Source: Myxococcales bacterium
Lineage (GTDB): Bacteria; Myxococcota_A; Polyangia; Haliangiales; Haliangiaceae
NCBI GenBank assembly: GCA_016707895.1
Contig: JADJGV010000002.1
Coordinates: forward strand, 655,695 to 719,694
Direction: 5' to 3'
DNA length: 64,000 nt
Positions 23,594-33,318 of the stretch are shown here, one piece after another. The notes under the pieces were generated by a model. The model searched no databases and had not been told where the DNA came from. It saw only the letters and a program-made list of their open reading frames with translations. Numbering within the stretch: position 1 is the first letter of the stretch; each line of letters starts with the position of its first letter. The position numbers and the translations under genes are program-made.

Positions 23594-24957
23594 GGCCGCG
23601 GATCGGGGCGGCGCTCCACCACGATCACGTGCTCGCGCTTGCCGCGCTCACCGAACGCGGTGCGCTCGAGCGCGCCGAGGATCGGCCGCTGCTGCGACGC
23701 CCACGCCACCACCGCCAGGCGATCGTCGAGCGCCGCGCGCAGATCGTCGTCGGCGTACATCGGCCGCACGCCGGCCATCGAGTCGCCGATCACGAACGCC
23801 GCCCACGCGCCCGGCACCATCACGCCGGCCAGCGCGTCGAGCCACGCGATCTGGCTCTCCTTCCAGCGCCGGGCCGCCTCGAGCGAGTTCGACGCGAAGC
23901 CGCGCCGCGTGCCCAGCTCGCCCTCGTCGAAGGCGCGGTGGCGGATGCCGAGGAAGTCGAAGCGCAGCCGGTGCTGATCGGCGTAGTCGTAGGTGCCGGG
24001 GTAGGGCGGCGAGGTGACGACCGCGCCGATCCGCGGCAGGCCCAGCGCGCCGAGCGTGCGGGCGTCGGCCTCGTGCACCACCGTCGGCGGCATCCGGCCC
24101 ACCGCGAGGTCCTGGATGCCGGCCACGATCATCGACACGCGCTCGCCGAACCAGCGGGCGGCCGCGCCGCGCGGCACGTGGCGCTCGACCCAGGTCGGGT
24201 CGGTGTCGCTCTTGCGGCTCGACACCTTGTACAGCACCGCCGACAGCGCGATCGTCAGCAGCTCGGCGACCTCGGGGTCGTCGTGGCGCACGTCGTCGAT
24301 CGCGGTGGCGATGGCCTCGAGCTCGCGGCGCACGTGCGGCGCGAACCACTTGCCGATCCGCCGCTGGCGCGCGTTGGGATCGAAGCCCTCGGGCGCGCGC
24401 ATCGGCGCCGCCGAGAACCCGGCGCGCCGCGCCTCCTTGCCCGACATCAGCACCTCGGCCGCGATGCGCAGGCCGGCGTCCTTGGCGTTGCGGCGGCGGG
24501 GCACCGGCGGGGTCCAGGTCTTGACCCGCGCCAGCCGCACCGCCAGCGGGTTGAGATCGACGCCGACCGCGACCACGCCCAGCGCGCGGGCCTCGACCAG
24601 CGTCGTGCCCGAGCCGCAGAACGGATCGAGCAGCGCGGTGCCGTCGGGCATGCGCTCGCTGACCACCTCGACCAGCGCGCGCGCGGTGGCGGGGTGGAGG
24701 CGCGCCGGGTAGGTGTGGACCGGGTGGGTCAGGCTGTCGGCGACGACGTCGTCGTGGGCGGCCGCGAGCAGCGCCTCGGCCAGCGCCTCGCTGATCGCGC
24801 GATCGCCGCCGATGTCGATGCGACCGGGGGCGCGCGGCATCGACAGGCCGCGGCGGGGGCCACCGGGCGCGCGCGGGCCGGGCGGCGGTCCGCTCGGGCG
24901 GGGGCGCGGGCGCGCGGGGCGTGGGCCGCGGCGCGGCGGTGGCGTACGTCCTGCCAT
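23590..24957 (-). CDS. SAM-dependent methyltransferase (putative N6-adenine/N2-guanine DNA or RNA methylase; start uncertain)
   Basis: Motif I LLDPFCGSGTTLVEA and motif IV VVTSPPYPG. The first roughly 40 codons are Pro/Arg-rich. An alternative start MPRAPGRIDIGG lies at 24840. Confidence 0.6.
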   Translation of the reverse strand: MAGRTPPPRRGPRPARPRPRPSGPPPGPRAPGGPRRGLSMPRAPGRIDIGGDRAISEALAEALLAAAHDDVVADSLTHPVHTYPARLHPATARALVEVVSERMPDGTALLDPFCGSGTTLVEARALGVVAVGVDLNPLAVRLARVKTWTPPVPRRRNAKDAGLRIAAEVLMSGKEARRAGFSAAPMRAPEGFDPNARQRRIGKWFAPHVRRELEAIATAIDDVRHDDPEVAELLTIALSAVLYKVSSRKSDTDPTWVERHVPRGAAARWFGERVSMIVAGIQDLAVGRMPPTVVHEADARTLGALGLPRIGAVVTSPPYPGTYDYADQHRLRFDFLGIRHRAFDEGELGTRRGFASNSLEAARRWKESQIAWLDALAGVMVPGAWAAFVIGDSMAGVRPMYADDDLRAALDDRLAVVAWASQQRPILGALERTAFGERGKREHVIVVERRPDPRP

Positions 24958-24977
24958 CCGCGCACCCTACCATCGAC

Positions 24978-25694
24978 TCACGCCGCGTGCGCCGCCAGCT
25001 CGTCGAGGAACGCCGCGCCCGCCGCGCCGTCGACGCCGGCCGCGGCCAGCCCCGGCAGCAGCACCTCGCGCATCGCCGCCAGGAACGCCGCCCGGCGCTG
25101 GGCGATCGGCGACGAGCCGTGGCGCGCCATCGCCGCCTCGTCACCGACGATCGCGTGCGGTCGGAACAGGTCGATGCGCACCGCGCCGCGCAGCATCGCC
25201 GGCAGGTGCGCCGCGATCGCCTGGGCGTGGGCGGCGTCGAGCGGGTGGGTGGCGAGGAACTGCCAGCCCAGCCGGCTGTGCTGGACCTCATCAGCGAGGA
25301 TCCGTCGCGCGGCGCGCTCGATCGCGCGGTCGTCGATCGCGGGCAGGCCGTCGGCGACCAGCGCGGTGTTCGAGGTCTCGGTGACGCAGCAGAACGCGAT
25401 CACCTCGTACAGCACGCGGGCGTGCGGCGACCAGCTCGGCGGCGCGACCTCGGGGGCGGGATCGTCGTCCGCCTGCCACGCCGCGCCGAACCGCGCCGCC
25501 AGGCCCGCGCACAGCTCGACGTGGGCGTGCTCCTGGCGCGCCGCCTCGCGGGCGGCGGCGATCAGCGCCGGCGCGCAGCCAGCCGCGGCCATGCGCTCGG
25601 CGAGTCGGGCGAAGCGGTGGGCCGCGCCCCACTCGACCGACGCGCGGTAGGCCCAGCGGCGGCCGAGCTCGGCGGTGGTGATCGCGTCGAGCAC
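24978..25694 (-). CDS. Ferritin-like di-iron domain protein
   Basis: Two ExxH motifs (EHAHVELCAG and ADEVQHSRLG) spaced as in ferritin-like four-helix bundles. 238 aa. Confidence 0.5.
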   Translation of the reverse strand: MLDAITTAELGRRWAYRASVEWGAAHRFARLAERMAAAGCAPALIAAAREAARQEHAHVELCAGLAARFGAAWQADDDPAPEVAPPSWSPHARVLYEVIAFCCVTETSNTALVADGLPAIDDRAIERAARRILADEVQHSRLGWQFLATHPLDAAHAQAIAAHLPAMLRGAVRIDLFRPHAIVGDEAAMARHGSSPIAQRRAAFLAAMREVLLPGLAAAGVDGAAGAAFLDELAAHAA

Positions 25695-25695
25695 G

Positions 25696-25983
25696 TCAGC
25701 CTCCGAACCAGCCGCGCACGCCGCCGGCCGCGGGGTCGGGCGTCGCGGGGGCCGGGGCCGCCGCCGGGGCCGCCGCCGGGGCCGGTGTCGTCGGCGCGGC
25801 GTGCGCGGTCGATGGCGCCGCGGCCGCGGGAGCGTCGGGCGCTGCGGCGGTCGGGGCCGGCGCCGCCTGCGCGTCGGGGCTGGGCGTGGTCGGCTGCCGC
25901 TGCGCGGGGCGATCGCAGGCGGCGGCCGTCAGCGCGCCGCCGATGACCAGGACGTTGTAGAGCTTCTTGATCGTGTCGTTCAC
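25696..25983 (-). CDS. Small Pro/Ala-rich lipoprotein
   Basis: Signal peptide plus lipobox (LTAAAC), then a PAxxP-rich low-complexity region. Its stop overlaps the next start. Confidence 0.45.
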   Translation of the reverse strand: MNDTIKKLYNVLVIGGALTAAACDRPAQRQPTTPSPDAQAAPAPTAAAPDAPAAAAPSTAHAAPTTPAPAAAPAAAPAPATPDPAAGGVRGWFGG

Positions 25984-26045
25984 GGGGGTCTCCTTGGTGA
26001 GTCACCCGAGCAACGGCGGCCGGCGGCGACCGGCGCATGGAATCG

Positions 26046-28052
26046 TCACGGATCGAGCGTGAGCGTGCCGAACCCGCTGGGCGCGTGGAAGTTGGGCTTG
26101 GCGGTGCGACCCGGGAACGCCATCAGGTAGCGGCGCGGCTTGCCGCCCTCCATGCGGTCGAGGCCGAGCGGCAGCACCGCGCCGGCGGTCAGCGCCGCGA
26201 TCAGCTCGGGGGCGGCGATCGTGAACTCGATCGTGGCGGTGCCGGCGGCGGCGTCGCGGGTGGTGCCGATCGTCAGCGCGCCGGACCACGCGGTGTCCTC
26301 CTTCTTGACGCCGGGGCGGCCGCTGCGATCGACCGCGATGTCGAACCAGTGGCCGAACGGGCCCACCTCGATCTCGAAGTAGCGCCGCGGCACCGCGGGA
26401 TCGGGCGCGATGAACACCTCGACGCAGTCCTCCTGGTACAGGCCCACGCGCTCGACGTCGGTGGGGCGGCTGGTGTCGACCTTGAGCCCGGTGCCCTCGA
26501 CCTGCCACAGCACGTGCAGGCCGCGGCTCGACCACAGGAAGCGCACCGTCGACGCGTGCGGCGTCTTGGCGCCCATCCAGTCGGTGGCGAAGCGGTGGGC
26601 CGGGGCGCGATCCCAGATCGGCTCGATCGCGCCGTCCATCGCCGGCACCTCGGCGTCGTCGACGCGGGCGGCGTGGACCTGGCGATCCTCGGCAGCGGCG
26701 ACGTCGTCGACGACGAAGTCGCCCATCGCGTACAGCCGCGCCGGTCGCCGCTGCGCCAGCAAGCCCGCGCCGTCGCCGGTGACCGGCGGATCGGCGAGGT
26801 CGATCCCGAACCGCGCGGCCGCGACCTCGAGCAGCGGCGAGGTGCGATGGCCGCCCAGCTCGGCGGCGAGGCCGGCGTGATCCCACAGCCCCAGGAGCTG
26901 CGCGCCGACGCGATCGACCAGCACCGGGTTGGTGCCGCCGACGGCCATCGCCTCGGCCGACGGGAACAGCACCTGGAAGCCGTCGCCGCTCATCGCCGGC
27001 GCGCCCTCGGCGAGGATCACGTGCGGGGTCTCGACCTCGAACACGTCGACCATGCGCTCGGCGAACTTCTCGAGCGCGGCGACGTAGACCTTGCGCGCGC
27101 GGGGGTCGCCCTTCTTCACCAGGTCGATCGCGGCGCCGACCTCCTTGTGGGTGCGCCACTTCTGCCGGTAGGCCGGCGCGGCGTCGCTGTACATCGCGGC
27201 GCCCTGCAGCGACTTGATCGCGATCGAGAACACCGCGAACCGGTGCGCCTTGAGCTTGGGCAGCGAGATGAACAGGCCGTGATCGAGGTGCGCGGCGACG
27301 ATCTTGGGGATCAGCAGCGTGGGCACGTGGGTGCCCGCCATGCCCGACAGCCCCAGCGGCTTGCCCGGCTGATCGCCCTCGACGTCGAACGTGCCGTCGT
27401 CGTCGAGCGCCACCAGCGGCACGCCCTCGTCGGCGCACATCTTGGCGTAGCCCGAGACGTCGATCAGCCGGTCCCAGTCCTTGGGCTGGCCGCCGAAGCC
27501 GTCGGCGACGGTGATCGCGGTGTGGCCGCGGGCCTTGAGGCAGCGGATCACGCCGCGCACGAACTCGGGATCGGTGGTGCGGCCGGCGACGCCGTTGTCG
27601 CCGCCGTTGGTCTTGGGGTTCTTGAACCAGTCGAAGCCGCTCATGTTGGGCTTGAGCAAGACCGGCGTGGCGGGCGGCCGTTTGGGCACGACCGCCTCGC
27701 ACAGCCGCTGGCCCAGCTCGCGCGCGGTGCCGCCCTGCAGGATCGTCACCGGCGAGCGATCGGCGGCCAGCCGCGCGCGGTTGGCCTTTCGCAGCGCCGC
27801 GCCGTCGACGGTGTCGCCGACGACCACCGGCGGCCCGGCCTGCCACGCCGGCGACGCGCCGGTCGTGGTGTCGACCGCTGGCACCGCGGCCACCGCGGCG
27901 TCGGCGCTGGCCGTCGGGCGCGCGTCGAGCGGCGGCGCCACCGCGAGCGCGGCGTCGGCGTTGGCCGGCGGCGCGGTGGGCTTCGGCGCGTCGCCCTTGC
28001 CGCAGGCGGCGGTGGCGATCGTCGCGAGGGCGAGGCGGGTCCACGGGCGCAT
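26046..28052 (-). CDS. Lipoprotein with a DUF362 domain and a C-terminal CBM9/DOMON-like domain
   Basis: Start set at MRPWTRLALATIATAACG (lipobox). DUF362-like core (KPNMSGFDWFKNPKTNGGDNGVAGRTTDPEFVRGVIRCL). C-terminal FEIEVGPFGHWFDI resembles CBM9. Confidence 0.55.
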   Translation of the reverse strand: MRPWTRLALATIATAACGKGDAPKPTAPPANADAALAVAPPLDARPTASADAAVAAVPAVDTTTGASPAWQAGPPVVVGDTVDGAALRKANRARLAADRSPVTILQGGTARELGQRLCEAVVPKRPPATPVLLKPNMSGFDWFKNPKTNGGDNGVAGRTTDPEFVRGVIRCLKARGHTAITVADGFGGQPKDWDRLIDVSGYAKMCADEGVPLVALDDDGTFDVEGDQPGKPLGLSGMAGTHVPTLLIPKIVAAHLDHGLFISLPKLKAHRFAVFSIAIKSLQGAAMYSDAAPAYRQKWRTHKEVGAAIDLVKKGDPRARKVYVAALEKFAERMVDVFEVETPHVILAEGAPAMSGDGFQVLFPSAEAMAVGGTNPVLVDRVGAQLLGLWDHAGLAAELGGHRTSPLLEVAAARFGIDLADPPVTGDGAGLLAQRRPARLYAMGDFVVDDVAAAEDRQVHAARVDDAEVPAMDGAIEPIWDRAPAHRFATDWMGAKTPHASTVRFLWSSRGLHVLWQVEGTGLKVDTSRPTDVERVGLYQEDCVEVFIAPDPAVPRRYFEIEVGPFGHWFDIAVDRSGRPGVKKEDTAWSGALTIGTTRDAAAGTATIEFTIAAPELIAALTAGAVLPLGLDRMEGGKPRRYLMAFPGRTAKPNFHAPSGFGTLTLDP

Positions 28053-28226
28053 GGTGCGAGCTTCGACGGCGCGCGTCCGCGAGGCAAGGCGCGCGCGCGT
28101 GCCGATCTGGCACTGGCCGCGCCGCTTTGGCGCTCCGCGGCTCGAGACGGGGGACTGCCCGATCGCCGCGCGGTATCGCGATGTTCGGCCCTTGCGGGTG
28201 GGATGGCACGGCCCCACGGTGGAGGC

Positions 28227-28583
28227 ATGCCAATCGAGGTCACGTTCCGTGGAATGGAGCCCTCCGAGTTCGTCGCTGCCCGCGCCCGTGAGTCCGCGGA
28301 GCAGCTCCTGGCCGGCGCGCCGGAGAGCGTCGGTTGCCGCGTCGTGATCGAGACCCCGCCCGGGCACCACAGCCACGGCCAACCGTTCCACGTCCGTGTC
28401 CACCTGATGGTGCCCGGTGACGACATCATCGTCGATCGCGATCCCGGCCGCGGCCCGCAGGCGCACGACGACGTCTACGTCGCACTCGCCGACGCGTTCC
28501 AGGTCGCGCGGCGCCGCGCCGATGAGCTCGGCCGCAAGCGCCGAGAGGCGCGCCGCCGCCACGACGTCGCTGCGTCGGAGTAG
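28227..28583 (+). CDS. hpf: Ribosome hibernation promoting factor / RaiA (HPF, YfiA) family protein
   Basis: MPIEVTFRGMEPSEFV...RVVIETPPGHHSHGQPFHVRVHLMVPGDDIIV matches the short HPF family. 118 aa. Confidence 0.65.
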   Translation: MPIEVTFRGMEPSEFVAARARESAEQLLAGAPESVGCRVVIETPPGHHSHGQPFHVRVHLMVPGDDIIVDRDPGRGPQAHDDVYVALADAFQVARRRADELGRKRREARRRHDVAASE

Positions 28584-28598
28584 CGTGGGCGCCCCGCG

Positions 28599-29375
28599 CT
28601 AGCGGCGATCCGCGGTGAAGCCGGTCGTGAACTTGATGCTGGCGCTGGCCACCAGCGCCTCGAGCTGGCCGTCCATGTTCGGGTCGCCGGCCCACAGGCA
28701 GCCGCCGGCGTAGCCGATCGTCACCAGGCCGGCGTCCATCGCGACCGCGCTCCAGTCGCCGGCGTCGGCCGTGCCCTCGGTGCGCAGCGACGCGTCGGCC
28801 ACCGACCAGCCGAGCACGGCGCAGTTGAAGCCGTTGGTCGCGATGCCGGCGCCGAGGTACAGCCGGAACGTCTCGCCGGTCTCGCCGATCACGCCGAAGG
28901 TCTCGCGGTTCTCGGTGACGACGTCGCCGGTGCACACGTCCTGGCAGTCCGGGTTGTTGGTGCCGGCGCCGCAGGTGCCGGCGGCCGGCCGCTCGAGCGC
29001 GCCGGTGCAGCGCTGGGTCGGCAGCGTCACGTACATGCGATGCTCGAAGCCCGCGTCGCGCTGCTCGGCCAGCACCGACGCCGGCCACGCCTCGCTCGGG
29101 CACAGCACCTCGGGGCGGCCGCAGTCGAGGTTGAAGCGGAACGGCCGGCCCTCGTGCGTGATGTCGATGACCCCGCCCTGCGCGCCGAGCTCACGCGTGT
29201 ACACCGCCGCGCCGATCTTCACCTCCACCCCGATCGTGTCGTCGTACGTCACGTCCCACCAGCCGTTCACGTCCGGCGCCGGCGACTTCGAGTTCGCCGC
29301 GCACCCGTCGCCCTTCGCGCCGCCGAGCAGAGGGAGAGCCAGGACCAGGATCGCCGAGAGCTGGATGTTGCGCAT
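28599..29375 (-). CDS. Secreted Cys-rich protein
   Basis: Start set at MRNIQLSAILVLALPLLGGAKG (signal peptide). 14 Cys. No recognisable catalytic motif. Confidence 0.5.
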   Translation of the reverse strand: MRNIQLSAILVLALPLLGGAKGDGCAANSKSPAPDVNGWWDVTYDDTIGVEVKIGAAVYTRELGAQGGVIDITHEGRPFRFNLDCGRPEVLCPSEAWPASVLAEQRDAGFEHRMYVTLPTQRCTGALERPAAGTCGAGTNNPDCQDVCTGDVVTENRETFGVIGETGETFRLYLGAGIATNGFNCAVLGWSVADASLRTEGTADAGDWSAVAMDAGLVTIGYAGGCLWAGDPNMDGQLEALVASASIKFTTGFTADRR

Positions 29376-29690
29376 GCCCCACCCCATCGCAACCCGCGTT
29401 CCACCCCCGATCGCCAACGCCCGTTCACGCTTCACATGGGGACAGGATCTACCCATCTACGCTGTTGATATTGTGGGACTTCTTAGCCCTCTTGCGTCGC
29501 AAAAGGGGACACCTTCTACGGGGGCAAGGATTTGAAATCGCTTAGGATATTATGGGAACTCGACTTGAGGCGAAACCCGACAGCGTCTCAAATGTCGTCA
29601 GCGAGGCGATTCCACAAGCGATTCTAACGGCTTACGACCCAGGAATGTGTCCCTTTCTGCGACACACGAGCCCGGAAAACCGTTTAGATA

Positions 29691-30059
29691 TCAGTGATCT
29701 GGATGGGGGGATCCTGTCCCCAGCCAGCGGTCGAGGCAGTGCTCGGCGGCCTCGAGGAGTGCCTGGGCGGCGGCCTGCTCGTCGGGGCTGGGCGTGGCGG
29801 CGCGAACGACGTCGGGGTGATCGAGGCCCCACTGGACGGCGAGGGCGGCGGCCTCGTCGGCGCACGCGGCGTCGGTGCAGGCGCAGGCCTGGTCGCGCTG
29901 GGCGGCGAGGGCGGCGAGGAGGGCGGCGGTGGCGGGATCGGGCGGCGGCGCGTCGACGGCGGCGTCGATGGGCGGCGGCGGCGGGACCGGGCGATCGGCG
30001 GGAGGCGGGGCGCCGCAGGCGGCCAGGCAGAGCAGGGCCAGCGCGGCGCGGGCGATCAC
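29691..30059 (-). CDS. Small lipoprotein coupled to frr
   Basis: GTG start overlapping the frr stop (GTGA). Lipobox LLCLAACG. Pro-rich then Ala/Cys-rich tail. 122 aa. Confidence 0.4.
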   Translation of the reverse strand: MIARAALALLCLAACGAPPPADRPVPPPPPIDAAVDAPPPDPATAALLAALAAQRDQACACTDAACADEAAALAVQWGLDHPDVVRAATPSPDEQAAAQALLEAAEHCLDRWLGTGSPHPDH

Positions 30060-30613
30060 AGCTCGGTGATCTCCTTCTCCTTGCCCTTCTCGAGCTCGTC
30101 GATCGAGGCGACGTAGCGATCGGTGAGGTCCTGGACCTTCTTCTCGCCGTTCTTCTTCTCGTCCTCGGTGATCGCCTTGTCCTTCTCGGCGTCCTTGAGC
30201 ATGTCCATCGCGTCGCGGCGCGCCGCGCGCACGGCCACCTTGGCGTCCTCGGAGGTCTTCTTGATGCCCTTGACCAGGTCGCGGCGGCGCTCGGCGGTGA
30301 GCGGCGGGATCGGCACGCGCACCAGGTCGTTGTCGGCCACCGGGTTGAGGCCCAGGTCGGCGGCGCGGATCGCCTTGTCGATCGCCGGGACCATCGACTT
30401 CTCCCACGGCTTCACCGACAGCATGCGGGCGTCGACCACGGTCACCGTCGACACCTGGTTCACCGGCGTCGGCGTGCCGTAGTAGTCGACGCGCACGCCG
30501 TCGAGCATCGCCGGCGACGCGCGCCCGGTGCGCACCTTGGCCAGCTCGCGCTTGAAGGCCTCGACGGCCTTCTTCATCCCGTCTTCCGCTTCGGTCGTGA
30601 TGTCGTTCAGCAT
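30056..30613 (-). CDS. frr: Ribosome recycling factor
   Basis: 185 aa with conserved RRF signature regions (VRTGRASPAMLDGVRVDYYG, RRDAMD). Confidence 0.9.
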   Translation of the reverse strand: MLNDITTEAEDGMKKAVEAFKRELAKVRTGRASPAMLDGVRVDYYGTPTPVNQVSTVTVVDARMLSVKPWEKSMVPAIDKAIRAADLGLNPVADNDLVRVPIPPLTAERRRDLVKGIKKTSEDAKVAVRAARRDAMDMLKDAEKDKAITEDEKKNGEKKVQDLTDRYVASIDELEKGKEKEITEL

Positions 30614-30628
30614 GGTTCCTCTTGGACT

Positions 30629-31379
30629 CTACGCGAAACGCGAGCCTTCGTTGTCCTTGACGATGCGGGTGCCCACGTCCTCGCCGCACACCACCCGCTG
30701 GATGTTCCCGGCCTTGGTCATGTCGAACACGTTCATCGGCAGCTCGTTGTCGCGGCACAGCGCGAACGCGGTGGCGTCCATGACGCCGAGGTCCTGCTTG
30801 AGCGCGTCGGTGAACGTCACCTGCGCGTAGCGCCGCGCGTCGGCGTGCTTGCGCGGGTCCTTGTCGTAGACGCCGTCGACCTTGGTCGCCTTGAGCAAGA
30901 TCTCGGCGCCGATCTCCATCGCCCGCAGCGCCGCGGCGGTGTCGGTGGTGAAGAACGGGTTGCCGGTGCCGGCGCCGAAGATCACGACGCGGCCCTTCTC
31001 GAGGTGGCGCATCGCGCGCCGCCGGATGTACGGCTCGGCCAGCTGCGACATCGGGATCGCCGACTGCACCCGCGTGGTCACGCCGGCGCGCTCGATCGCG
31101 TCCTGCAGCGACACCGCGTTCATCACCGTCGCCAGCATGCCGACGTAGTCGGCCGACGCCCGGTCCATGCCCTTGCTCGACTCGGTGAGCCCGCGGAAGA
31201 TGTTGCCGCCGCCGACCACGACCGCCAGCTCGACGCCGAGCTTCGCGGTCTCGGCGACCTCGGACGCGATGGTGCGGATGGTCTCGGGCGAGATCCCGTA
31301 GCCCTGGTTGCCCATCAGCGCCTCGCCCGACAGCTTGAGGAGCACCCGTTTGTACGCTGGTCGCGGCGCGGCGGTCATG
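30629..31379 (-). CDS. pyrH: UMP kinase
   Basis: Start set at [29 protein letters not shown] motif. 250 aa. The longer ORF in the track is an upstream extension. Confidence 0.85.
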
Positions 31380-31451
31380 TGCGCGGGAACGTACAGGCGC
31401 GCCGGGCGTTTGGCCAGGGCTCGCCGGGCACCCGGTGGTACGCTGGCTTGG

Positions 31452-31838
31452 ATGCAGGAACCCCGCGACACGATCGTCGATCCCCAGATCCGGCGTGAGG
31501 TCGAGCCGCCGCGCCCCGACGCGCGGCGCCCCGTGCTGTTGATCGCGATCGTCGTGACCGCGGCCCTCGCGGGCGCGGCGGCCATGGCCCTGATCCGCGG
31601 TCCCCGGGCCGCGCCGCCGCCGCCGCCGCGCGCGGTGGCCCCGCCGGCCGCGGTCGCCCCCGTCGCCCCGGTCGCGCCGGTGCCGCCGGCGCCGGCTCCT
31701 GTGGTCGCGCCGGTCGCGCCGGTCGCGCCGACCGCGCTGCCCACCTCCCACGCGGGGGGGCCCTGCGTCGACTACCACCAGAAGGGCCTCAGCGAGGATC
31801 AGCCGCGCCGCGTCGACTGCCTCGACGGCCCGCGCTAG
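31452..31838 (+). CDS. Possible small membrane-anchored Pro/Ala-rich protein
   Basis: ATG at 31452 followed by one TM helix ([20 protein letters not shown]) and PVAPVAP repeats. Divergent from pyrH. Weak support in a high-GC context. Confidence 0.3.
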   Translation: MQEPRDTIVDPQIRREVEPPRPDARRPVLLIAIVVTAALAGAAAMALIRGPRAAPPPPPRAVAPPAAVAPVAPVAPVPPAPAPVVAPVAPVAPTALPTSHAGGPCVDYHQKGLSEDQPRRVDCLDGPR

Positions 31839-31869
31839 CCGCGCGAGCATCCCGGGCGACGCGCTCCGG

Positions 31870-33141
31870 TCAGCGCGCGACCCGCGCCGTCAGCGCCACC
31901 AGCACCTGGCCGCCGACCGCGGCTCGCGGGGCGCGATCGCCGTCGAGCCGCGCGTACGGCGACAGCCCGAACTCGCCGTAGACGTCGGCGCGCACGACGT
32001 CGGACAGCGGGTGGCCGAACGACGCGGACACGCCCACCGCGCGGTCGGCGTAGGTGCCGGCGTCGCGGGTCCAGGTGCGGGTGCGGGTGGCGAACGGCGC
32101 CAGCGCGAAGCTGCCGGCACCGAGCGTGCCGTCGAAGCGCGCGCTCACGCGGTCCTCGGCGGCGACGTTGCCGTCGAACGTCGGGAAGACGCTGCGCGCG
32201 ACCGCGGCGCTGGCCCACAACTCCCCGGTGCGCACGCCGACCGCCAGCCCGCCGACCGGGATCGTCAGCTCGGGCAGGCCTTCGCCGTCGATGGTCTCGG
32301 TCCACTCGTCGACCACCTCGCCGTCGACCGTGGTCTGGCTCGACGCGGTCATCTGGCCGCCGGTGAAGCCCCAGCCGCCGTGCGCCGCGGCGTACCAGCC
32401 GTCGCGATCGATCCGCGCGCGCAGCGGCAGCAGCGTGAACGCGGTGCCGCCGCGGTCGTCGTCGCCGACCTTGAGCCCGGCGCCCTCGATGACCAGCGCC
32501 TCGACCTTGGCGTCGGTGGCGCGGCCGGCGTAGTGGTACCAGTAGGTCGACATGTCGATCTCGAGCTGCGCGCTCCGGCCGTCGCCGGTGTCGTCGTGCT
32601 GCGTGACCACGCCGTGGCCGATCGTCATCATGACGAACGCGTGGCGGTGCGGGGTGTCGCCCTTCCACAGCTCGCCGCCGCCGACCGTGACCCGCTCGGT
32701 CGAGCCGTCGTAGCGCCGCCGCCACAGCGACCGCCGACCGTCGAGCGCCGGCGCGACGCCGAGCTCGTGGACGCCGGTGATCTCGAACGTCAGCCCGACC
32801 CGCGACAGGCAGAAGCTCCACTGCGCGCTGCCGACCGCGCGCTGCGCCGCCAGCGGCCGCAGCCGACCTTGCACCGCGCCGCTGACGATGTCGCAGCCGA
32901 TGCCCGACACCGCCGCCGCGGCGCCGACGCCGACGTCGGGGCCGCTCCCGGTGCCGGCGGTGACCTGGGCGAAGGCCGCGCCGTGCCAGTAAGGGCCAGT
33001 GGCCTCGTCCGACAGCAGGTCGCGCCGCGGCGCCAGGTCGAGCTGCGCCGCGCCGACCGCCAGATCGGCTGGCTGGGCGTTCGCCACGCCGGTCAGCAGG
33101 GCGAGGATCCCGAGCGCGACGAGGCGGTCCATGTCCGCCAC
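31870..33141 (-). CDS. Secreted putative outer-membrane beta-barrel protein
   Basis: Signal peptide (MDRLVALGILALLTGVANAQP). Alternating amphipathic beta-strand-like segments. C-terminal aromatic-rich end. 423 aa. Confidence 0.5.
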   Translation of the reverse strand: MADMDRLVALGILALLTGVANAQPADLAVGAAQLDLAPRRDLLSDEATGPYWHGAAFAQVTAGTGSGPDVGVGAAAAVSGIGCDIVSGAVQGRLRPLAAQRAVGSAQWSFCLSRVGLTFEITGVHELGVAPALDGRRSLWRRRYDGSTERVTVGGGELWKGDTPHRHAFVMMTIGHGVVTQHDDTGDGRSAQLEIDMSTYWYHYAGRATDAKVEALVIEGAGLKVGDDDRGGTAFTLLPLRARIDRDGWYAAAHGGWGFTGGQMTASSQTTVDGEVVDEWTETIDGEGLPELTIPVGGLAVGVRTGELWASAAVARSVFPTFDGNVAAEDRVSARFDGTLGAGSFALAPFATRTRTWTRDAGTYADRAVGVSASFGHPLSDVVRADVYGEFGLSPYARLDGDRAPRAAVGGQVLVALTARVAR

Positions 33142-33318
33142 TGGTGCAACGGTCGGTCCAGTGCGCAGGATGTCGAGATGGTTGAGGTTGGTGGCGGGAT
33201 CCGTCCAGGATCGAACGGTGGTCGACCAGCCGATCCGTCAGGTTGAGGACGGGTGCCGCGTCTGGGACGCCGTGCGGGGCCTGCGCTTGGTGGCCTCGGC
33301 CTTGCTGTACCAGCGGGC

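Noticed and set aside
26037-28583. 848-aa plus-strand ORF opposite the DUF362 lipoprotein gene
   Set aside because: Only its last 118 codons (28227-28583) form a recognisable protein (HPF family). The rest is antisense to a gene with convincing composition and motifs, so only the hpf part is called.
29691-31850. 719-aa minus-strand ORF spanning frr and pyrH
   Set aside because: A frame-fused artefact. The real genes are frr (30056-30613), pyrH (30629-31379) and a small lipoprotein, each with proper starts.
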